From contig PMPH01000019.1 in the NCBI GenBank assembly GCA_003161045.1, positions 1,925-65,924 of the forward strand: a DNA stretch of 64,000 nucleotides, given 5' to 3'. A program made the translations under genes and the position numbers. Shown piece after piece: positions 8,914 to 19,447 of this stretch. The DNA comes from Acidobacteriaceae bacterium. GTDB lineage: Bacteria > Acidobacteriota > Terriglobia > Terriglobales > Acidobacteriaceae. A model generated the notes under the pieces. It saw nothing but the letters and a program-made list of their open reading frames with translations, was not told where the DNA came from and searched no databases. Each line of letters begins with the position of its first letter. The stretch's first letter is position 1.

Positions 8914-10650
8914 ATGGAAATGGATAAGATTTGGCGTGTAAACCTGTCGGACCTGAGCGTCAAGAGCGAGCCAGTTCCGGCAGCGTGGGCTGGCCTCGGC
9001 GGACGGGCATTGACCTCGACGATTGTGGCGGCGGAAGTACCTCCAACCTGTCACCCGCTAGGACCGAATAACAAGCTGGTGTTTTGCCCCGGCTTGCTGA
9101 CCGGAACGGTCGCCGCGGATTCCGGGCGGCTTTCGGCGGGCGCCAAGAGCCCCTTGACCGGCGGCATCAAGGAGAGCAATGTCGGCGGCACGGCCGGGCA
9201 GATGCTGGCCAAGCTGGGCGTCAAGGCGCTGATCATTGAAGGCCATCCGACCGACGGCAAGTGGCACGGACTCTACCTCAACCAGGAAGGCCTGCGGATC
9301 GAGGAAGAGACCGAGACCCTCGGCAAGGGCAACTACGAGTCGGTCCAGATTCTGAATGAGCGCGTCAACAAGAGAGTTGGCGTGGTCGTTTGCGGGCCCG
9401 CCGGCGAGATGAAGATGCTGACCGCGAACATCTCCGTCAAGGATCCTGACAGCCATATCCGCAGCATTGGACGCGGTGGTTTGGGTGCGGTGATGGGCTC
9501 CAAGAAGCTGAAGTTCATTGCCGTTGACGCCAGCGGCGCGACCGGCATGCCGATTGCCGACCCGGAGAAGTTCAAGGCCGCTGGCAAGGCCTGGGCCGAT
9601 GCCCTGATGGCTCATGGCGTGAGCGGTTCGGCGCTGAAGACCTACGGCACCAACATCCTGATCAACATCCTGAACGAAGCCGGCGGCCTGCCGACGCACA
9701 ACTTCACCGCGGGACAGTGCAAGGAACACGATGCTTTCTCCGGCGAAACGATGCACGACACCATCGTCAAGCGCGGCGGAAACCCGTCACACGCTTGCCA
9801 TCCCGGCTGCGTCATTCAGTGCTCGCAGATTTACAACGACGCGGAAGGCAAGTACCTGGCCTCCGGCCTTGAGTACGAGACGGTCTGGGCCCTCGGCGCC
9901 GACTCCGGCATCGCGAATCTGGATCAGATCGCCGAAGCCGACCACATCATGGACGATCTTGGTGTGGATTCGATCGAGACCTCGGTCATGTTCGCCGTAG
10001 CCATGGAGGGAGGCGCCATTCCCTGGGGAGATGGAGCTGAAGTTCTCCGCGTTCTCAAGGAGGAAATCGCCAAGGGAACTCCATTTGGCCGCCTTCTGGG
10101 CGCCGGCACCGAGGCAGTTGGCAAAGCCTATGGCCTGACCCGCGTTCCGGTGGTCAAGCACCAGGCCATTCCGGCCTATGATCCGCGCTCGGTCAAGGGC
10201 ATCGGCATCACCTATGCAACCTCGACGATGGGCGCCGACCACACCTCCGGCTATACCATCGCCACCAACATCCTGGGCGTGGGCGGACACGTCGACCCGT
10301 TGAAGAAGGACGGACAGATCGATCTGTCGCGCAACCTGCAGATTGCCACCGCCTCGGTTGATTCGACCGGCATGTGCATCTTCGTCGCCTTCCCGGTACT
10401 GGATAGCGCGGAGTGCTTCCAGTCGCTGCTTGATCTGATCAATGCGCGTTACGGCATTGCTTTGACCGGCGACGATGTGGTCGGCTTGGGCAAGTATGTG
10501 CTCACGACCGAGCATAAGTTCAATTTGGCTGCCGGCATGACGAACAAGGACGACAGACTGCCCGAGTTCTTCGAGTACGAGCCGGTTGCTCCGCACAACG
10601 CTGTTTGGGATTTCACCCCCGAAGAGATCGACAGCTACTGGAACTTCTAA
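8914..10650 (+). CDS. aor: Tungsten-dependent aldehyde:ferredoxin oxidoreductase family protein (AOR1)
   Basis: KSPLTGGIKESN, GPAGE, GRGGLGAVMGSKKLK, CHPGCVIQC, LEYET, DDLGVDSI, YDPR, GADHT, DSTGMC, DDRLP; RBS AAGGAG before ATG 8914. Confidence 0.93.
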   Translation: MEMDKIWRVNLSDLSVKSEPVPAAWAGLGGRALTSTIVAAEVPPTCHPLGPNNKLVFCPGLLTGTVAADSGRLSAGAKSPLTGGIKESNVGGTAGQMLAKLGVKALIIEGHPTDGKWHGLYLNQEGLRIEEETETLGKGNYESVQILNERVNKRVGVVVCGPAGEMKMLTANISVKDPDSHIRSIGRGGLGAVMGSKKLKFIAVDASGATGMPIADPEKFKAAGKAWADALMAHGVSGSALKTYGTNILINILNEAGGLPTHNFTAGQCKEHDAFSGETMHDTIVKRGGNPSHACHPGCVIQCSQIYNDAEGKYLASGLEYETVWALGADSGIANLDQIAEADHIMDDLGVDSIETSVMFAVAMEGGAIPWGDGAEVLRVLKEEIAKGTPFGRLLGAGTEAVGKAYGLTRVPVVKHQAIPAYDPRSVKGIGITYATSTMGADHTSGYTIATNILGVGGHVDPLKKDGQIDLSRNLQIATASVDSTGMCIFVAFPVLDSAECFQSLLDLINARYGIALTGDDVVGLGKYVLTTEHKFNLAAGMTNKDDRLPEFFEYEPVAPHNAVWDFTPEEIDSYWNF

Positions 10651-10661
10651 CCACCCCTGAC

Positions 10662-10707
10662 ACCTGGGCCGCAACGGAGATTTTTTCCCGCGCGGCCCAG
10701 GTTTTTT
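10662..10707 (+). terminator. Rho-independent terminator/attenuator between aor1 and moaD
   Basis: ACCTGGGCCGC...GCGGCCCAGGT followed by a T run. Confidence 0.75.
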
Positions 10708-10751
10708 CATTGCAGCGTCATGTAAAATGAGCCAGAGCGCGGAATTCACCT

Positions 10752-10976
10752 ATGCAGGTTCAAGTCAGACTTTACGCTACCTTTCGCAACGACAGATTCA
10801 ACGAGCAGATGCGGGATTATCCGCCGGGCACGACCATCAAAAATGTGCTCGATGATCTGAAGATCGAGGAGTCACTGGTCGGCACGCTCTTTGTCGATTT
10901 CAAGTACGCAACCTCGGATCAGGAACTTCATGAGGGCGCCAATCTCGGCATCTTCCCGGTAGTCGGAGGAGGATAG
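10752..10976 (+). CDS. moaD: MoaD/ThiS family sulfur carrier
   Basis: 74 aa, VQVRLYATFR, C-terminal IFPVVGGG. Confidence 0.88.
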   Translation: MQVQVRLYATFRNDRFNEQMRDYPPGTTIKNVLDDLKIEESLVGTLFVDFKYATSDQELHEGANLGIFPVVGGG

Positions 10977-10979
10977 CCC

Positions 10980-12005
10980 ATGCCGGAAGTCTCTTTCAAC
11001 GATTATTACTCGCGCCAGATTCTCTTTCGCGGCATCGGGGCCGAGGGTCAGCGCAAGCTCGCGGATGCGCGCGTGGCCATCGCCGGCTGCGGGGCCACCG
11101 GATCGGCCATCGCCTCCCTGCTGGCGCGCGCCGGGGTGGGATTTCTGCGCATCATCGACCGGGATTACATCGAGCCCAGCAATCTGCAGCGGCAGACGCT
11201 CTTCGACGAGGCCGACGCGGCCCAGTTTCTTCCCAAGGCGGCGGCGGCGGCCCGAAGGCTTTCGCAGTGCAACTCCCAGGTGACGATCGAGCCGCAGATC
11301 GAGGATCTGACGCCCGGCAATGTGGAGAAGCTGCTGGGCGACTGCGCGCTGATCATGGATGGGACCGACAACTTCGAGACCCGCTACCTGATCAACGACT
11401 ACGCCATTTCGAAGGGCATTCCCTGGATTTATACCGCGGCCATCGGCAGCGTGGGCGTGACGATGAACATCCTGCCGGGCGAGACGGCCTGCGTGGCCTG
11501 CATGTTCCCCGAATCGCAGCGTGGCGCGGGCGAGACCTGCGACACCGCCGGCATTCTGAACGCGGCGGTCACCTTCATTGCCGCCAATGCTGCCGCCGAG
11601 GCCCTGAAGTTCTTCGTTGGATCGAAGGATCTGATGCGGCGCACCCTGCTCACCCAGGATCTCTGGTGGAACGATCACGCCGAGATTCCCGCCGCCACCC
11701 CCAGGGAGGATTGCCGGTGCTGCCAGCAGCGGGAATTTCCGCACCTTTCCGGGGAAAACCGGCCGCACATCTCGCTCTGCGGCAGAAATTCCGTGCAGAT
11801 TCACGAAAAGAGCAAGGTGATCGACCTGGCCGGGCTTGAGCAACGGCTGGCGGCGCACGGCGCGGTCCGCCGGAATGAATTCGCGCTGCGTTTCTGGCGC
11901 GAGCCCTACGAGATGACGATCTTCCCCGACGGCCGGGCCATCATCAAGGGAACCACCGACATAGGTATTGCTCGCAGCCTGTATGCCCGGTTTGTGGGCG
12001 CCTGA
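10980..12005 (+). CDS. moeB: MoeB/ThiF family adenylyltransferase
   Basis: YSRQI, GCGATG, DRDYIEPSNLQRQ, DGTDNFETR, CxxC pairs. Confidence 0.9.
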   Translation: MPEVSFNDYYSRQILFRGIGAEGQRKLADARVAIAGCGATGSAIASLLARAGVGFLRIIDRDYIEPSNLQRQTLFDEADAAQFLPKAAAAARRLSQCNSQVTIEPQIEDLTPGNVEKLLGDCALIMDGTDNFETRYLINDYAISKGIPWIYTAAIGSVGVTMNILPGETACVACMFPESQRGAGETCDTAGILNAAVTFIAANAAAEALKFFVGSKDLMRRTLLTQDLWWNDHAEIPAATPREDCRCCQQREFPHLSGENRPHISLCGRNSVQIHEKSKVIDLAGLEQRLAAHGAVRRNEFALRFWREPYEMTIFPDGRAIIKGTTDIGIARSLYARFVGA

Positions 12006-12030
12006 AGCGCGGCCGGGTGCATCCAGGACG

Positions 12031-12075
12031 CGTGATTTGAATCACACTATCTCGAATCTGAGTTGGTAGTATAAT
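12031..12075 (+). promoter_or_regulatory. CRP/FNR-type box plus sigma70 -10 upstream of the activator gene
   Basis: CGTGA-TTTGAA-TCACA (12031-12046); TGnTAGTAT/TATAAT at 12064-12075. Confidence 0.6.
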
Positions 12076-12093
12076 CCGCTCAGGTTAGGATGT

Positions 12094-14118
12094 GTGCTTA
12101 CGCCGAAGAATAATCTCGTTGTTCAGAGCGCATGGCAGCAGTACACTGCGGGCGCGTCGCTTGACGTCCGCCACCTGAGCCCTGAGATTGCCAGTTCCTG
12201 GCAGCGTTGCCAGAACCTGAACGTCGATCCCTTGCGCACGGCCGACAGCGAGATTGACCGCAGCGAACTCAAAGAGCGGCTGCATCAGCACCGTTCCCTC
12301 GTCAAGATCGCCCGGCCGGTGATGGAACGGCTCTACGAGTTCGTCAAAGGCACCGGATTCCAGATTGTGCTGAGCGACGAAACCGGCTACCTTCTCGACG
12401 TCATCGGCGACCCCGAGGTCACCTCCCGCACCAGCGAGAATCAGTTGTGTCCGGGCGGAAACTGGAGTGAGCCGTCGAAGGGCACCAACGCCATCGGCAC
12501 CGCCATCTTCGAGCGCAAGCCGGTGCAGGTCTTCGCCTCCGAGCACTACTGCCAGACCAACCACTTCCTGGTCTGCTCCGCCGCGCCGATTTTTTCCGCC
12601 GAAGGCCAGATGGCCGGTGTGCTCGACCTGAGCGGCGATTACCGCGCCTCCAATGTGCACACCCTGGGAATGGTGGTGGCCGCGGCCGGGGCCATCGAGA
12701 ATCAACTGCGCCTTCAGTATGTTACCGACCAGCTCCGCACCGCCTACCGCTACTCGAAGATTCTGCTCGATCATATGTCGGATGGGCTGATCTCGGTCGA
12801 TCACCGGGGGATTATCACCGAACTCAACGCCAGGGGAGCGGGGATTTTTAGCGTGGACCCCAAGGCGGTCAGAGGGAGGCACGTCACCCAGTTGACCGAT
12901 TGCCAGATTCCCATGCTCCAGCTGCTGAACGACGGCGCCGGTTACGAGGAGAAGGAAATTGTCTGCAACCGCTCGGGGAAGAAGCTTCGCAGCTCGGCTT
13001 CGCTGCTGCGCGACGACAATGGGTCGGTGATCGGCGCGGTCGCCCTCTTCCACGAGATCGACCGCTGGAGGACAGCGGCCAAGCAGCATTCCCTTCCCGC
13101 GCGCCGCAACACCTTCGACGATATTGTGGGCCAGAGTGCGGCCATGAACGAGTTGAAGCGGCAGGCGATGCTGGCGGCGGGCAGCTCCTCGACAATCCTG
13201 CTGGAAGGCGAGAGCGGCACGGGCAAGGAATTGATTGCGCAGGCCGTTCACAACGGCGGACAGAGGAGCGGAGGGCCGTTCATCGCGGTCAACTGCGCGG
13301 CCCTGCCGGAGTCGCTGATCGAAAGCGAGCTCTTCGGCTACGAGGAGGGCTCGTTTACCGGAGCCAAACGGGGCGGGCAGGCGGGCAAGTTCGAGATGGC
13401 CGACGGCGGAACGCTGTTTCTGGATGAGATCGGCGACATGCCGCTGAGCGCGCAGATGAAGCTGCTGCGGGTCATACAGGAGCGCAGAGTGGCCCGCATC
13501 GGCACCGCAATCGAGCGCCAGGTCGACATTCGCATCATCGCCGCAACGCTGAAAAACCTGAAGCTGGAGGTAAAGGACGGCCGCTTCCGCCAGGACCTCT
13601 ACTATCGGCTGAATGTTCTCAGCCTGCGCATTCCGCCCCTGCGCGAACGGCGGGAGGACATACCGCAGTTGACGCAGCACCTGGTGGAGAAAATCTCGCT
13701 GCGTTTGAAGATCGAGCCCAAACAGTTTGAGGATGGCGTGCTGGAGAGATTCAAAGCCTATTCCTGGCCGGGCAATGTGCGCGAACTGGAGAATGTGATC
13801 GAGCGCGCAATCAATCTGGCCGACGACGATTTGCTGTTGCGCGCGGCTTACTTCAACCTGGGCGATCTGGATGCGGAGCCGGCGGGAGCTTCATCGCCGG
13901 AAGGGACTCCGGTGCGGAATCTGGCCGATCTGGAGAGAGAGATGATCTGCAAAGCGGTTGCCTCCTACGGAGGCAAGATTCACAAGGCCGCCATTTCGCT
14001 GGGAATCAGCCGCAACACGCTCTATCGAAAGATGAAGGAATACGGAATCGGCGACACCGCGACACCGGAGGCAGGGGCGCAGGTGGACGCGGCGGAACCG
14101 GTCACGGCAGGGCGCTAA
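12094..14118 (+). CDS. sigma54-dependent activator, GAF-PAS-AAA+-Fis HTH (AcoR/AorR-like)
   Basis: [23 protein letters not shown] (AcoR-type GAF); [49 protein letters not shown]. Confidence 0.95.
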   Translation: MLTPKNNLVVQSAWQQYTAGASLDVRHLSPEIASSWQRCQNLNVDPLRTADSEIDRSELKERLHQHRSLVKIARPVMERLYEFVKGTGFQIVLSDETGYLLDVIGDPEVTSRTSENQLCPGGNWSEPSKGTNAIGTAIFERKPVQVFASEHYCQTNHFLVCSAAPIFSAEGQMAGVLDLSGDYRASNVHTLGMVVAAAGAIENQLRLQYVTDQLRTAYRYSKILLDHMSDGLISVDHRGIITELNARGAGIFSVDPKAVRGRHVTQLTDCQIPMLQLLNDGAGYEEKEIVCNRSGKKLRSSASLLRDDNGSVIGAVALFHEIDRWRTAAKQHSLPARRNTFDDIVGQSAAMNELKRQAMLAAGSSSTILLEGESGTGKELIAQAVHNGGQRSGGPFIAVNCAALPESLIESELFGYEEGSFTGAKRGGQAGKFEMADGGTLFLDEIGDMPLSAQMKLLRVIQERRVARIGTAIERQVDIRIIAATLKNLKLEVKDGRFRQDLYYRLNVLSLRIPPLRERREDIPQLTQHLVEKISLRLKIEPKQFEDGVLERFKAYSWPGNVRELENVIERAINLADDDLLLRAAYFNLGDLDAEPAGASSPEGTPVRNLADLEREMICKAVASYGGKIHKAAISLGISRNTLYRKMKEYGIGDTATPEAGAQVDAAEPVTAGR

Positions 14119-14192
14119 TTTCTTGAAAACGGCCGGCTTTGGTGGTTCCTGGCGGATGATTCTTGTGGTTTCGAGCGGTTAATTTCCGCAGT

Positions 14193-14645
14193 TCAGGCGG
14201 TTTCTCTCTTCTCTGGCCCGTAAATGATGGAATAATGCCGGAATTTCCTCGGCATATGCGACCCGACCGACCCGATGATGACCACGGCAATCAGGATGGG
14301 GAGCCGGTGGCTCCACATAAACGGAACAAGGCAGAGCAGGGAGAGCTTGACGATCAACATCACTCCCCATCCCATGTGGAGAAACTCCAGCGTGGGGTAG
14401 CCGTCGATGAAGGCCATTCCCACTCCGGTGACAATGGCGCCATAGAGCAGAGGGCGCAGTTGATCGGCGGAGGCACCAAAGGCGTGCCCACCGACTAGAA
14501 TGCTGATAAAAACCAGGTGAAAGGTGCGGAAGGCGATATTCCAGACGCGCGCATAGGGGATAGTGCGCCGCCTGGCAGTGGAGCAACTCGGCGTGGAGGA
14601 ATTCTCCTCCAGACTCTCTTCGTCGTCATTCATCGGTAGAACCAT
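14193..14645 (-). CDS. Hypothetical membrane protein (about 4 TM, conserved-looking His residues)
   Basis: Hydrophobic segments with RTFHL..GGHAFG and SHMPRKFRHYS; lies downstream of the moaA-moeA operon. Confidence 0.6.
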   Translation of the reverse strand: MVLPMNDDEESLEENSSTPSCSTARRRTIPYARVWNIAFRTFHLVFISILVGGHAFGASADQLRPLLYGAIVTGVGMAFIDGYPTLEFLHMGWGVMLIVKLSLLCLVPFMWSHRLPILIAVVIIGSVGSHMPRKFRHYSIIYGPEKRETA

Positions 14646-14740
14646 TATCTCCTGCCGCGCTGAGTGGGCCGCGCTCTGCGCTTCCAGCCTGCCCGTGAAG
14701 TTATAACGGCGCTACTACTGCGACCGTGTGCATTCGTAAT

Positions 14741-14774
14741 CTCCCAGCTCCCAAAAGCGGGAGCTGGGGCACCC
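14741..14774. repeat. REP-like element, family A, inside the island
   Basis: CCCAGCTCCC-AAAAGC-GGGAGCTGGGGCACCC. Confidence 0.8.
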
Positions 14775-14797
14775 AGTTCTCGTAACCGCGGAACCGC

Positions 14798-16765
14798 TCA
14801 AATCTTCTTCAATTCGAATCCAAGCTGGCTGAGCTGCTCGCGGACCTCTGGCTCGGCGAGCAACGCTACGAATCTTCTCACCGGAGGGCGCTCGGCCCGC
14901 TTCTTGGGAATCATGAAATCGTAGTGCTCCATCTGCAAGGGCAGGAATCCGAGCCTGTACTGCCGCGCCACGGTCTCGATCGCCACGCCCCAATCCGCCC
15001 GTCCCTGGGCGACGGCGGCAGCCACGGCATTGTGGGTCTTGGCCTGGTTGGCGTATCCGGGCGGCTGCGAGCCCTTCAGCAGCCGGTCGATGAGGATGCG
15101 CGTCCCCGCTCCAGCATTGCGGTTCCGCAGCAGGCAGGCGGGGTCGGCCACGGCCACCGCGGCGGCTTCTTCCGCCGTACGGCCTTCATAACGCGCGTCG
15201 CCGGGGCGGAAAACAATCCCCTGCAGGCGCATGTAGCCCGGCACGAGCACCAGATCATCGGTGAGAAAAAGGCGGTTGTACTCGCCCGTGGCCGGGTCCA
15301 TCAGGTGCATTCCGGCGATGTCGCACTCGCCGCGCTTGGCTGCGGTCAGTCCGCCGTTGCTGCCCACGTTGAGCGCCCGGACGGAGAAGCCCTCGCTCAT
15401 CACGCGGCCGGCGAGCAGGTCGAGGCCGACGCAGTGGCTGCCCACGATCACCAAATCCGCCAATTTGTGGTGCGCGCCGATCAGCGTGACCTCGACCTCG
15501 GCGCCCTCGGGAACGGTCTCCGACTGCGCGTCGATGATGAAGAAGCCGTCGGCCTGGCCAAAGGCGGTGACCGCCCCCGAGCCCTTGTTCGTCGGGTAGG
15601 CAACCAGATTCCCTTCCAGCCCGCGCAGCAGCGAGGTCATCACAAACTCCGTGCGGCCCCGGTCCGAAGCCGTGCGCGCGGCCACCCGGGCCTTCACCGA
15701 CTCGGGGCGTTCAGGAGGCAGTCCGGCAAAGGCGCGGATCACCGGCGCAACAAATTCATGGAAGGTGAAGATCGCCGAGGTCGGGAATCCGGGCAGAATC
15801 ACGACCGGCTTTTTATCGGTCACCGCCAGGCAGATCGGCTTGCCCGGCTTGAGCGCCACGCCATGAACCACAATGCCGGGGTTCGCGAGCTTGCTGACGG
15901 CGTGATAGGCCAGATCGCCCGCGCCCTTCGAGGTTCCTCCCGAGAGCAGCACCAGGTCGTAGTTCAGACCCTGAGCGAGCAGCGCGGCAATTTCACCCTC
16001 GACGTCGCGCGCCCGGCCCAACTGCACCGGCTCGCCCCCGGCCTCTGCGACCGCGGCGGCAAAAATGGCGCTGTTGGAGTCGTAGACGCCGCCCAGGGGG
16101 CGCGGTTCACCGGGAGCCACGAGCTCGTCGCCGGTCGAAAAAATGGCCACCTTGGGTTTGCGCCAGGCGTGAATCTGAGCGAGACCGATGGCTGCCAGAG
16201 AGCCGATCTCCCGCGAGGTGACGATCTGGCCCGCGCGCAGAATGGTCTCACCCTGGGCGATGTCGCTGCCCGCGGCGGCGATGAATGCGCCCGGCGCAAC
16301 GGTTCGGTAGATGTCGGCGAGAACCTGGCCGTCTTGTTCGCGCGCCTCCGTCTGCTCGACCATCACCACGGCGTCGGCGCCGCGCGGGATCATGCCGCCG
16401 GTGGCGACGATGGTTGCGGTTCCCTCCAGAACCTCCGCCTGGGGCAGAACGCCGGGCGTAAGAATCTCGGAATTGAGCCGCAAGGTGCGCGGAGCATCGA
16501 CGGAGGCTCCGTTGGTGTCGACCGAACGCACGGCAAAGCCATCGACCCGCGAGCGATCGAAGCCGGGAACGTCCACACCGGCCACCACGTCGCGCGAAAG
16601 AACGCGCCCCAGGGCGTGGGCCAGGTGAACCAGTTCTTCTCCCAGCGGCTTCAAATCAAGGCACTGCCGGAACTTCGCCTCGGCCTCGTCGCGCCCGATC
16701 ACTTCGAGAAATTGCTGTTGCTGCGCGGCGCGCAGCAGCTCCGAATTTGAGCGCCGTGCTGTCAT
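14798..16765 (-). CDS. moeA: MoeA fused to a C-terminal PBP/LysR-type substrate-binding domain
   Basis: PGFDRSRVDGFAV, TGGMIPRGADAVVMVE, STGDEL, SGGTSKGAGD, KPGKP, LPGFPTS; C-terminal GSHCVGLD, RNAGAGTR. Confidence 0.92.
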   Translation of the reverse strand: MTARRSNSELLRAAQQQQFLEVIGRDEAEAKFRQCLDLKPLGEELVHLAHALGRVLSRDVVAGVDVPGFDRSRVDGFAVRSVDTNGASVDAPRTLRLNSEILTPGVLPQAEVLEGTATIVATGGMIPRGADAVVMVEQTEAREQDGQVLADIYRTVAPGAFIAAAGSDIAQGETILRAGQIVTSREIGSLAAIGLAQIHAWRKPKVAIFSTGDELVAPGEPRPLGGVYDSNSAIFAAAVAEAGGEPVQLGRARDVEGEIAALLAQGLNYDLVLLSGGTSKGAGDLAYHAVSKLANPGIVVHGVALKPGKPICLAVTDKKPVVILPGFPTSAIFTFHEFVAPVIRAFAGLPPERPESVKARVAARTASDRGRTEFVMTSLLRGLEGNLVAYPTNKGSGAVTAFGQADGFFIIDAQSETVPEGAEVEVTLIGAHHKLADLVIVGSHCVGLDLLAGRVMSEGFSVRALNVGSNGGLTAAKRGECDIAGMHLMDPATGEYNRLFLTDDLVLVPGYMRLQGIVFRPGDARYEGRTAEEAAAVAVADPACLLRNRNAGAGTRILIDRLLKGSQPPGYANQAKTHNAVAAAVAQGRADWGVAIETVARQYRLGFLPLQMEHYDFMIPKKRAERPPVRRFVALLAEPEVREQLSQLGFELKKI

Positions 16766-18087
16766 AGGTCCCTGCCTTCCAGAGTATCAGCCTGGTCGTA
16801 GATGTAGACGGAGACCGGCGTCCCCGGCCGGTAGCCCTCCAGCGGAGCGGGAATCAGGACGAAGCCCTCCGCGCGGGCAGCGGCCGCCAAGCCGCCCGAT
16901 CCGGCCGAGCCCAGCGGCACGGCCTCGCCAGAGACCAATCGCACCTGCGCGAGTTCAAAGTTGCCGATCGAGGAGACGATTTTGCGCCCAACCGCTGCCT
17001 GACGAAGAGCATAGGGAAGCCGGGAAGCGCGCCCCCCCAACCGGCGAATCAGGCGGCCAACCAGTAGATCGTAGGCGCAGAGGCAATGCAAGGGGCTGCC
17101 GGGAAGCAGAATCACCGGGGTCTCGCCCACCCTCCCCATTCCTGCAGAGCCGCCGGGGTGCAGAGCGATTCCATGAACGTCGAGGCTGCCCGCCGCGTCC
17201 AGTGCCAGCGGAGTCACGTCATCTGGGCCAGTGCCGGTAAGTCCGCAGACCAGAATAAGATCCGCTCCTGGCTTGGCCATCAACGCGGCCAGGGCGGATT
17301 GGACGGACTGGACGGAGTCTTCCGGGGTTGCGGACCGGGCAGGCTGCTCTGGGAGCTGTTCCGCCTCCGGCTCGATCAGGCCCCCGTCGCGGGCGATCAG
17401 TGCGCGCAGCATGGGGCCGTTGGCGTCGCCTGAGCTGCCGCCGGAGAGAGACTTGCATCCGGTGAGAATGAGCCGAACCAGGGGGCGTCGAATGGCCTTC
17501 ACTGCGGTAACGCCAAAGGAAGCGAGCAAGCCGAGGTCGGTCGGCCGCAGCGGGCGGGAGCCGTCAATCAGCGCGGCGCCCGCCTTCACCTCCTGCCCCT
17601 TGAAATTCACGCCCGCGCCACGGGTAACCGGCTCGATCACCTCGATCGCCGCAGCGTCGGAACGCACCAGCCCAAAGGAGGCGATGGCGTCCGCGCCCAG
17701 CGGCATGGGAGCGCCGGAAGAGATCAGCAGCACCGAAGCGGGGTTCAATTGACGCCGGTCCTGCTGAAGGCGAAATGGGAGGGGATTGTAGCCGCCCGCG
17801 CCGATCGTCTCGGCGGATCGCAGCGCATAGCCGTCCATTTCGGCGGTGTCGGCTGGCGGCTGATCGGCGGGAGCCAGAAAGGTTCTGGCCAGAACGCGTC
17901 CAGCGGCTGCGGCAACAGAAACCTCTTCCGCATTCAGGGGTTGGGAATGGCCGTCGATCCAGCGGAGCGCTTCGTCGAACGATGAACGGCTATTGAAGCC
18001 CTCCAGCCGAACGTCGCGACGCGCAGGAGGTGGTCCATCGGAGATCAACTGCGCACCTCGGGGAATTCGTCGTCGTGTTGCATCCAT
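16762..18087 (-). CDS. moeA: Divergent MoeA-like molybdopterin-binding protein
   Basis: GRVLA, MDGYALRS, GAPMPLGADA, DANGPML; several MoeA motifs are altered. Confidence 0.8.
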   Translation of the reverse strand: MDATRRRIPRGAQLISDGPPPARRDVRLEGFNSRSSFDEALRWIDGHSQPLNAEEVSVAAAAGRVLARTFLAPADQPPADTAEMDGYALRSAETIGAGGYNPLPFRLQQDRRQLNPASVLLISSGAPMPLGADAIASFGLVRSDAAAIEVIEPVTRGAGVNFKGQEVKAGAALIDGSRPLRPTDLGLLASFGVTAVKAIRRPLVRLILTGCKSLSGGSSGDANGPMLRALIARDGGLIEPEAEQLPEQPARSATPEDSVQSVQSALAALMAKPGADLILVCGLTGTGPDDVTPLALDAAGSLDVHGIALHPGGSAGMGRVGETPVILLPGSPLHCLCAYDLLVGRLIRRLGGRASRLPYALRQAAVGRKIVSSIGNFELAQVRLVSGEAVPLGSAGSGGLAAAARAEGFVLIPAPLEGYRPGTPVSVYIYDQADTLEGRDL

Positions 18088-19070
18088 CAGCCGCCGATTT
18101 GAGCCATCGAAAATGGCGTGATCGCCGATCCGGGCTCGCGCAGATGGTGCCGGGCGGGTTTGCTCACGATCACTCGCTTCAAAACAGCCTTCAACTGGCT
18201 GTCGCTGCCCTCCAGGTAAGGCTTCAGATCGGTCTCGCTATTATCAAAGAGGCAGCCCTTGATGGTTCCCGTCGCGGTGACGCGAACGCGGTTGCAGGAT
18301 TCGCAGAAGTGCGACGAAACCGGCGTGATGATGCCGAGCGTTCCCTTCCCGCCGGGAATTCTGCAGAGTCTGGCGGGACCAGCCGATTGGGCGCTCTCCA
18401 ATGGCTCCAGCGGATAGACCTGGCTGATGCGCTCGAAGATCTCCTGCCCGGAGACGAATGCCGAGGACCAGTCCGGCACGAGGCTGGTGGGCATATATTC
18501 GATGAACCTGACCTGATGAGGCCGGCGCACCGTCAGAGCCGCGAAGTCCAGCAGTTCACCGTCGTTGGTTCCACGCACCACTACCACGTTGATCTTCGCC
18601 GGTGGAAAGCCGGCCTCTTCGGCGGCCTCGATTCCATCGAGGACTTTGGCAAGGTGGCCCCCGCGGGTGATGCTGGCAAAGGTTTCCGGCTTCAGCGAAT
18701 CGAGGCTGACGTTGATCCTGTGAACGCCCGCGCGGCGCAGTTCCGGCGCAAGCTTCCGCAAAAAAAAGCCATTGGTAGTAAGTACAAGCTCTTTGAGGCC
18801 ATCGATGGCGGCCAACTCCGCCAAAAAACCCACTAAATCCTTTCGGATCAGTGGTTCTCCGCCGGTAATTCTGATCTTTTCAATGCCCAGCGAGACTGCC
18901 AGCCGCGCGATGCGGTGCAGTTCCTCATAGGTTAGTATCTCGCTGTGCTGTAACTTGTGAACGCCCTCGGCGGGCATGCAGTATTGGCAGCGAAGGTTGC
19001 ATCGGTGGGTGACCGAAAGCCGGAGGTAATTAATGCGACGACCATGAATATCCGTAACGCCCATAGACAA
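18087..19070 (-). CDS. moaA: GTP 3',8-cyclase
   Basis: YLRLSVT.RCNLRCQYCMP, TGGEPL, FCESCNRVR, C-terminal MAQIGG. Confidence 0.97.
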   Translation of the reverse strand: MSMGVTDIHGRRINYLRLSVTHRCNLRCQYCMPAEGVHKLQHSEILTYEELHRIARLAVSLGIEKIRITGGEPLIRKDLVGFLAELAAIDGLKELVLTTNGFFLRKLAPELRRAGVHRINVSLDSLKPETFASITRGGHLAKVLDGIEAAEEAGFPPAKINVVVVRGTNDGELLDFAALTVRRPHQVRFIEYMPTSLVPDWSSAFVSGQEIFERISQVYPLEPLESAQSAGPARLCRIPGGKGTLGIITPVSSHFCESCNRVRVTATGTIKGCLFDNSETDLKPYLEGSDSQLKAVLKRVIVSKPARHHLREPGSAITPFSMAQIGG

Positions 19071-19095
19071 AACCCTGCGCCCTGACTGTTATGCG

Positions 19096-19111
19096 AGCAA
19101 TTTGACCGCCC
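19096..19111 (-). promoter_or_regulatory. Candidate sigma54 promoter for moaA-moeA-moeA
   Basis: Minus strand GGGCGGTCAAATTGCT (GGC-N7-TTGCT). Confidence 0.55.
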
Positions 19112-19276
19112 CAGCTCTGCTCCGCAGCGAGGGATTTTGTTGCATTGCATCTCCCCGTCGAAACTTCGCCCCATACGCTTTCTGACAGCACGAGTGTACA
19201 ACTCAACTCTTACAAAACGCAAGTTTTACTCTGCTGGATCGCGGGGCGGCGCAGAGTCAGACAGCACGCGCAGAAG

Positions 19277-19312
19277 TGTTACATTTTGAGACAAATGTTC
19301 CATCTTGCAACT
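19277..19312. promoter_or_regulatory. Tandem upstream activator sequence (second copy)
   Basis: TGTTACA-TTT-TGAGACA (19277-19293) and TGTTCCA-TCT-TGCAACT 19 bp later. Confidence 0.7.
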
Positions 19313-19364
19313 CCCGATTGAGCAAACAAACGCATAGGGCCGATTCTGAAATCCGTCTAGCCGT

Positions 19365-19377
19365 TAACCCTTTGATA
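19365..19377 (-). promoter_or_regulatory. IHF-type site between enhancer and promoter
   Basis: TAACCCTTTGATA is the reverse complement of a WATCAANNNNTTR match, followed by an AT-rich tract. Confidence 0.55.
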
Positions 19378-19447
19378 AAAAATGATAAATTCATAAAAAT
19401 CGGCAATCCTGACGGAATCCGCCCTCCGCTCGACACCGGAATAGGGC

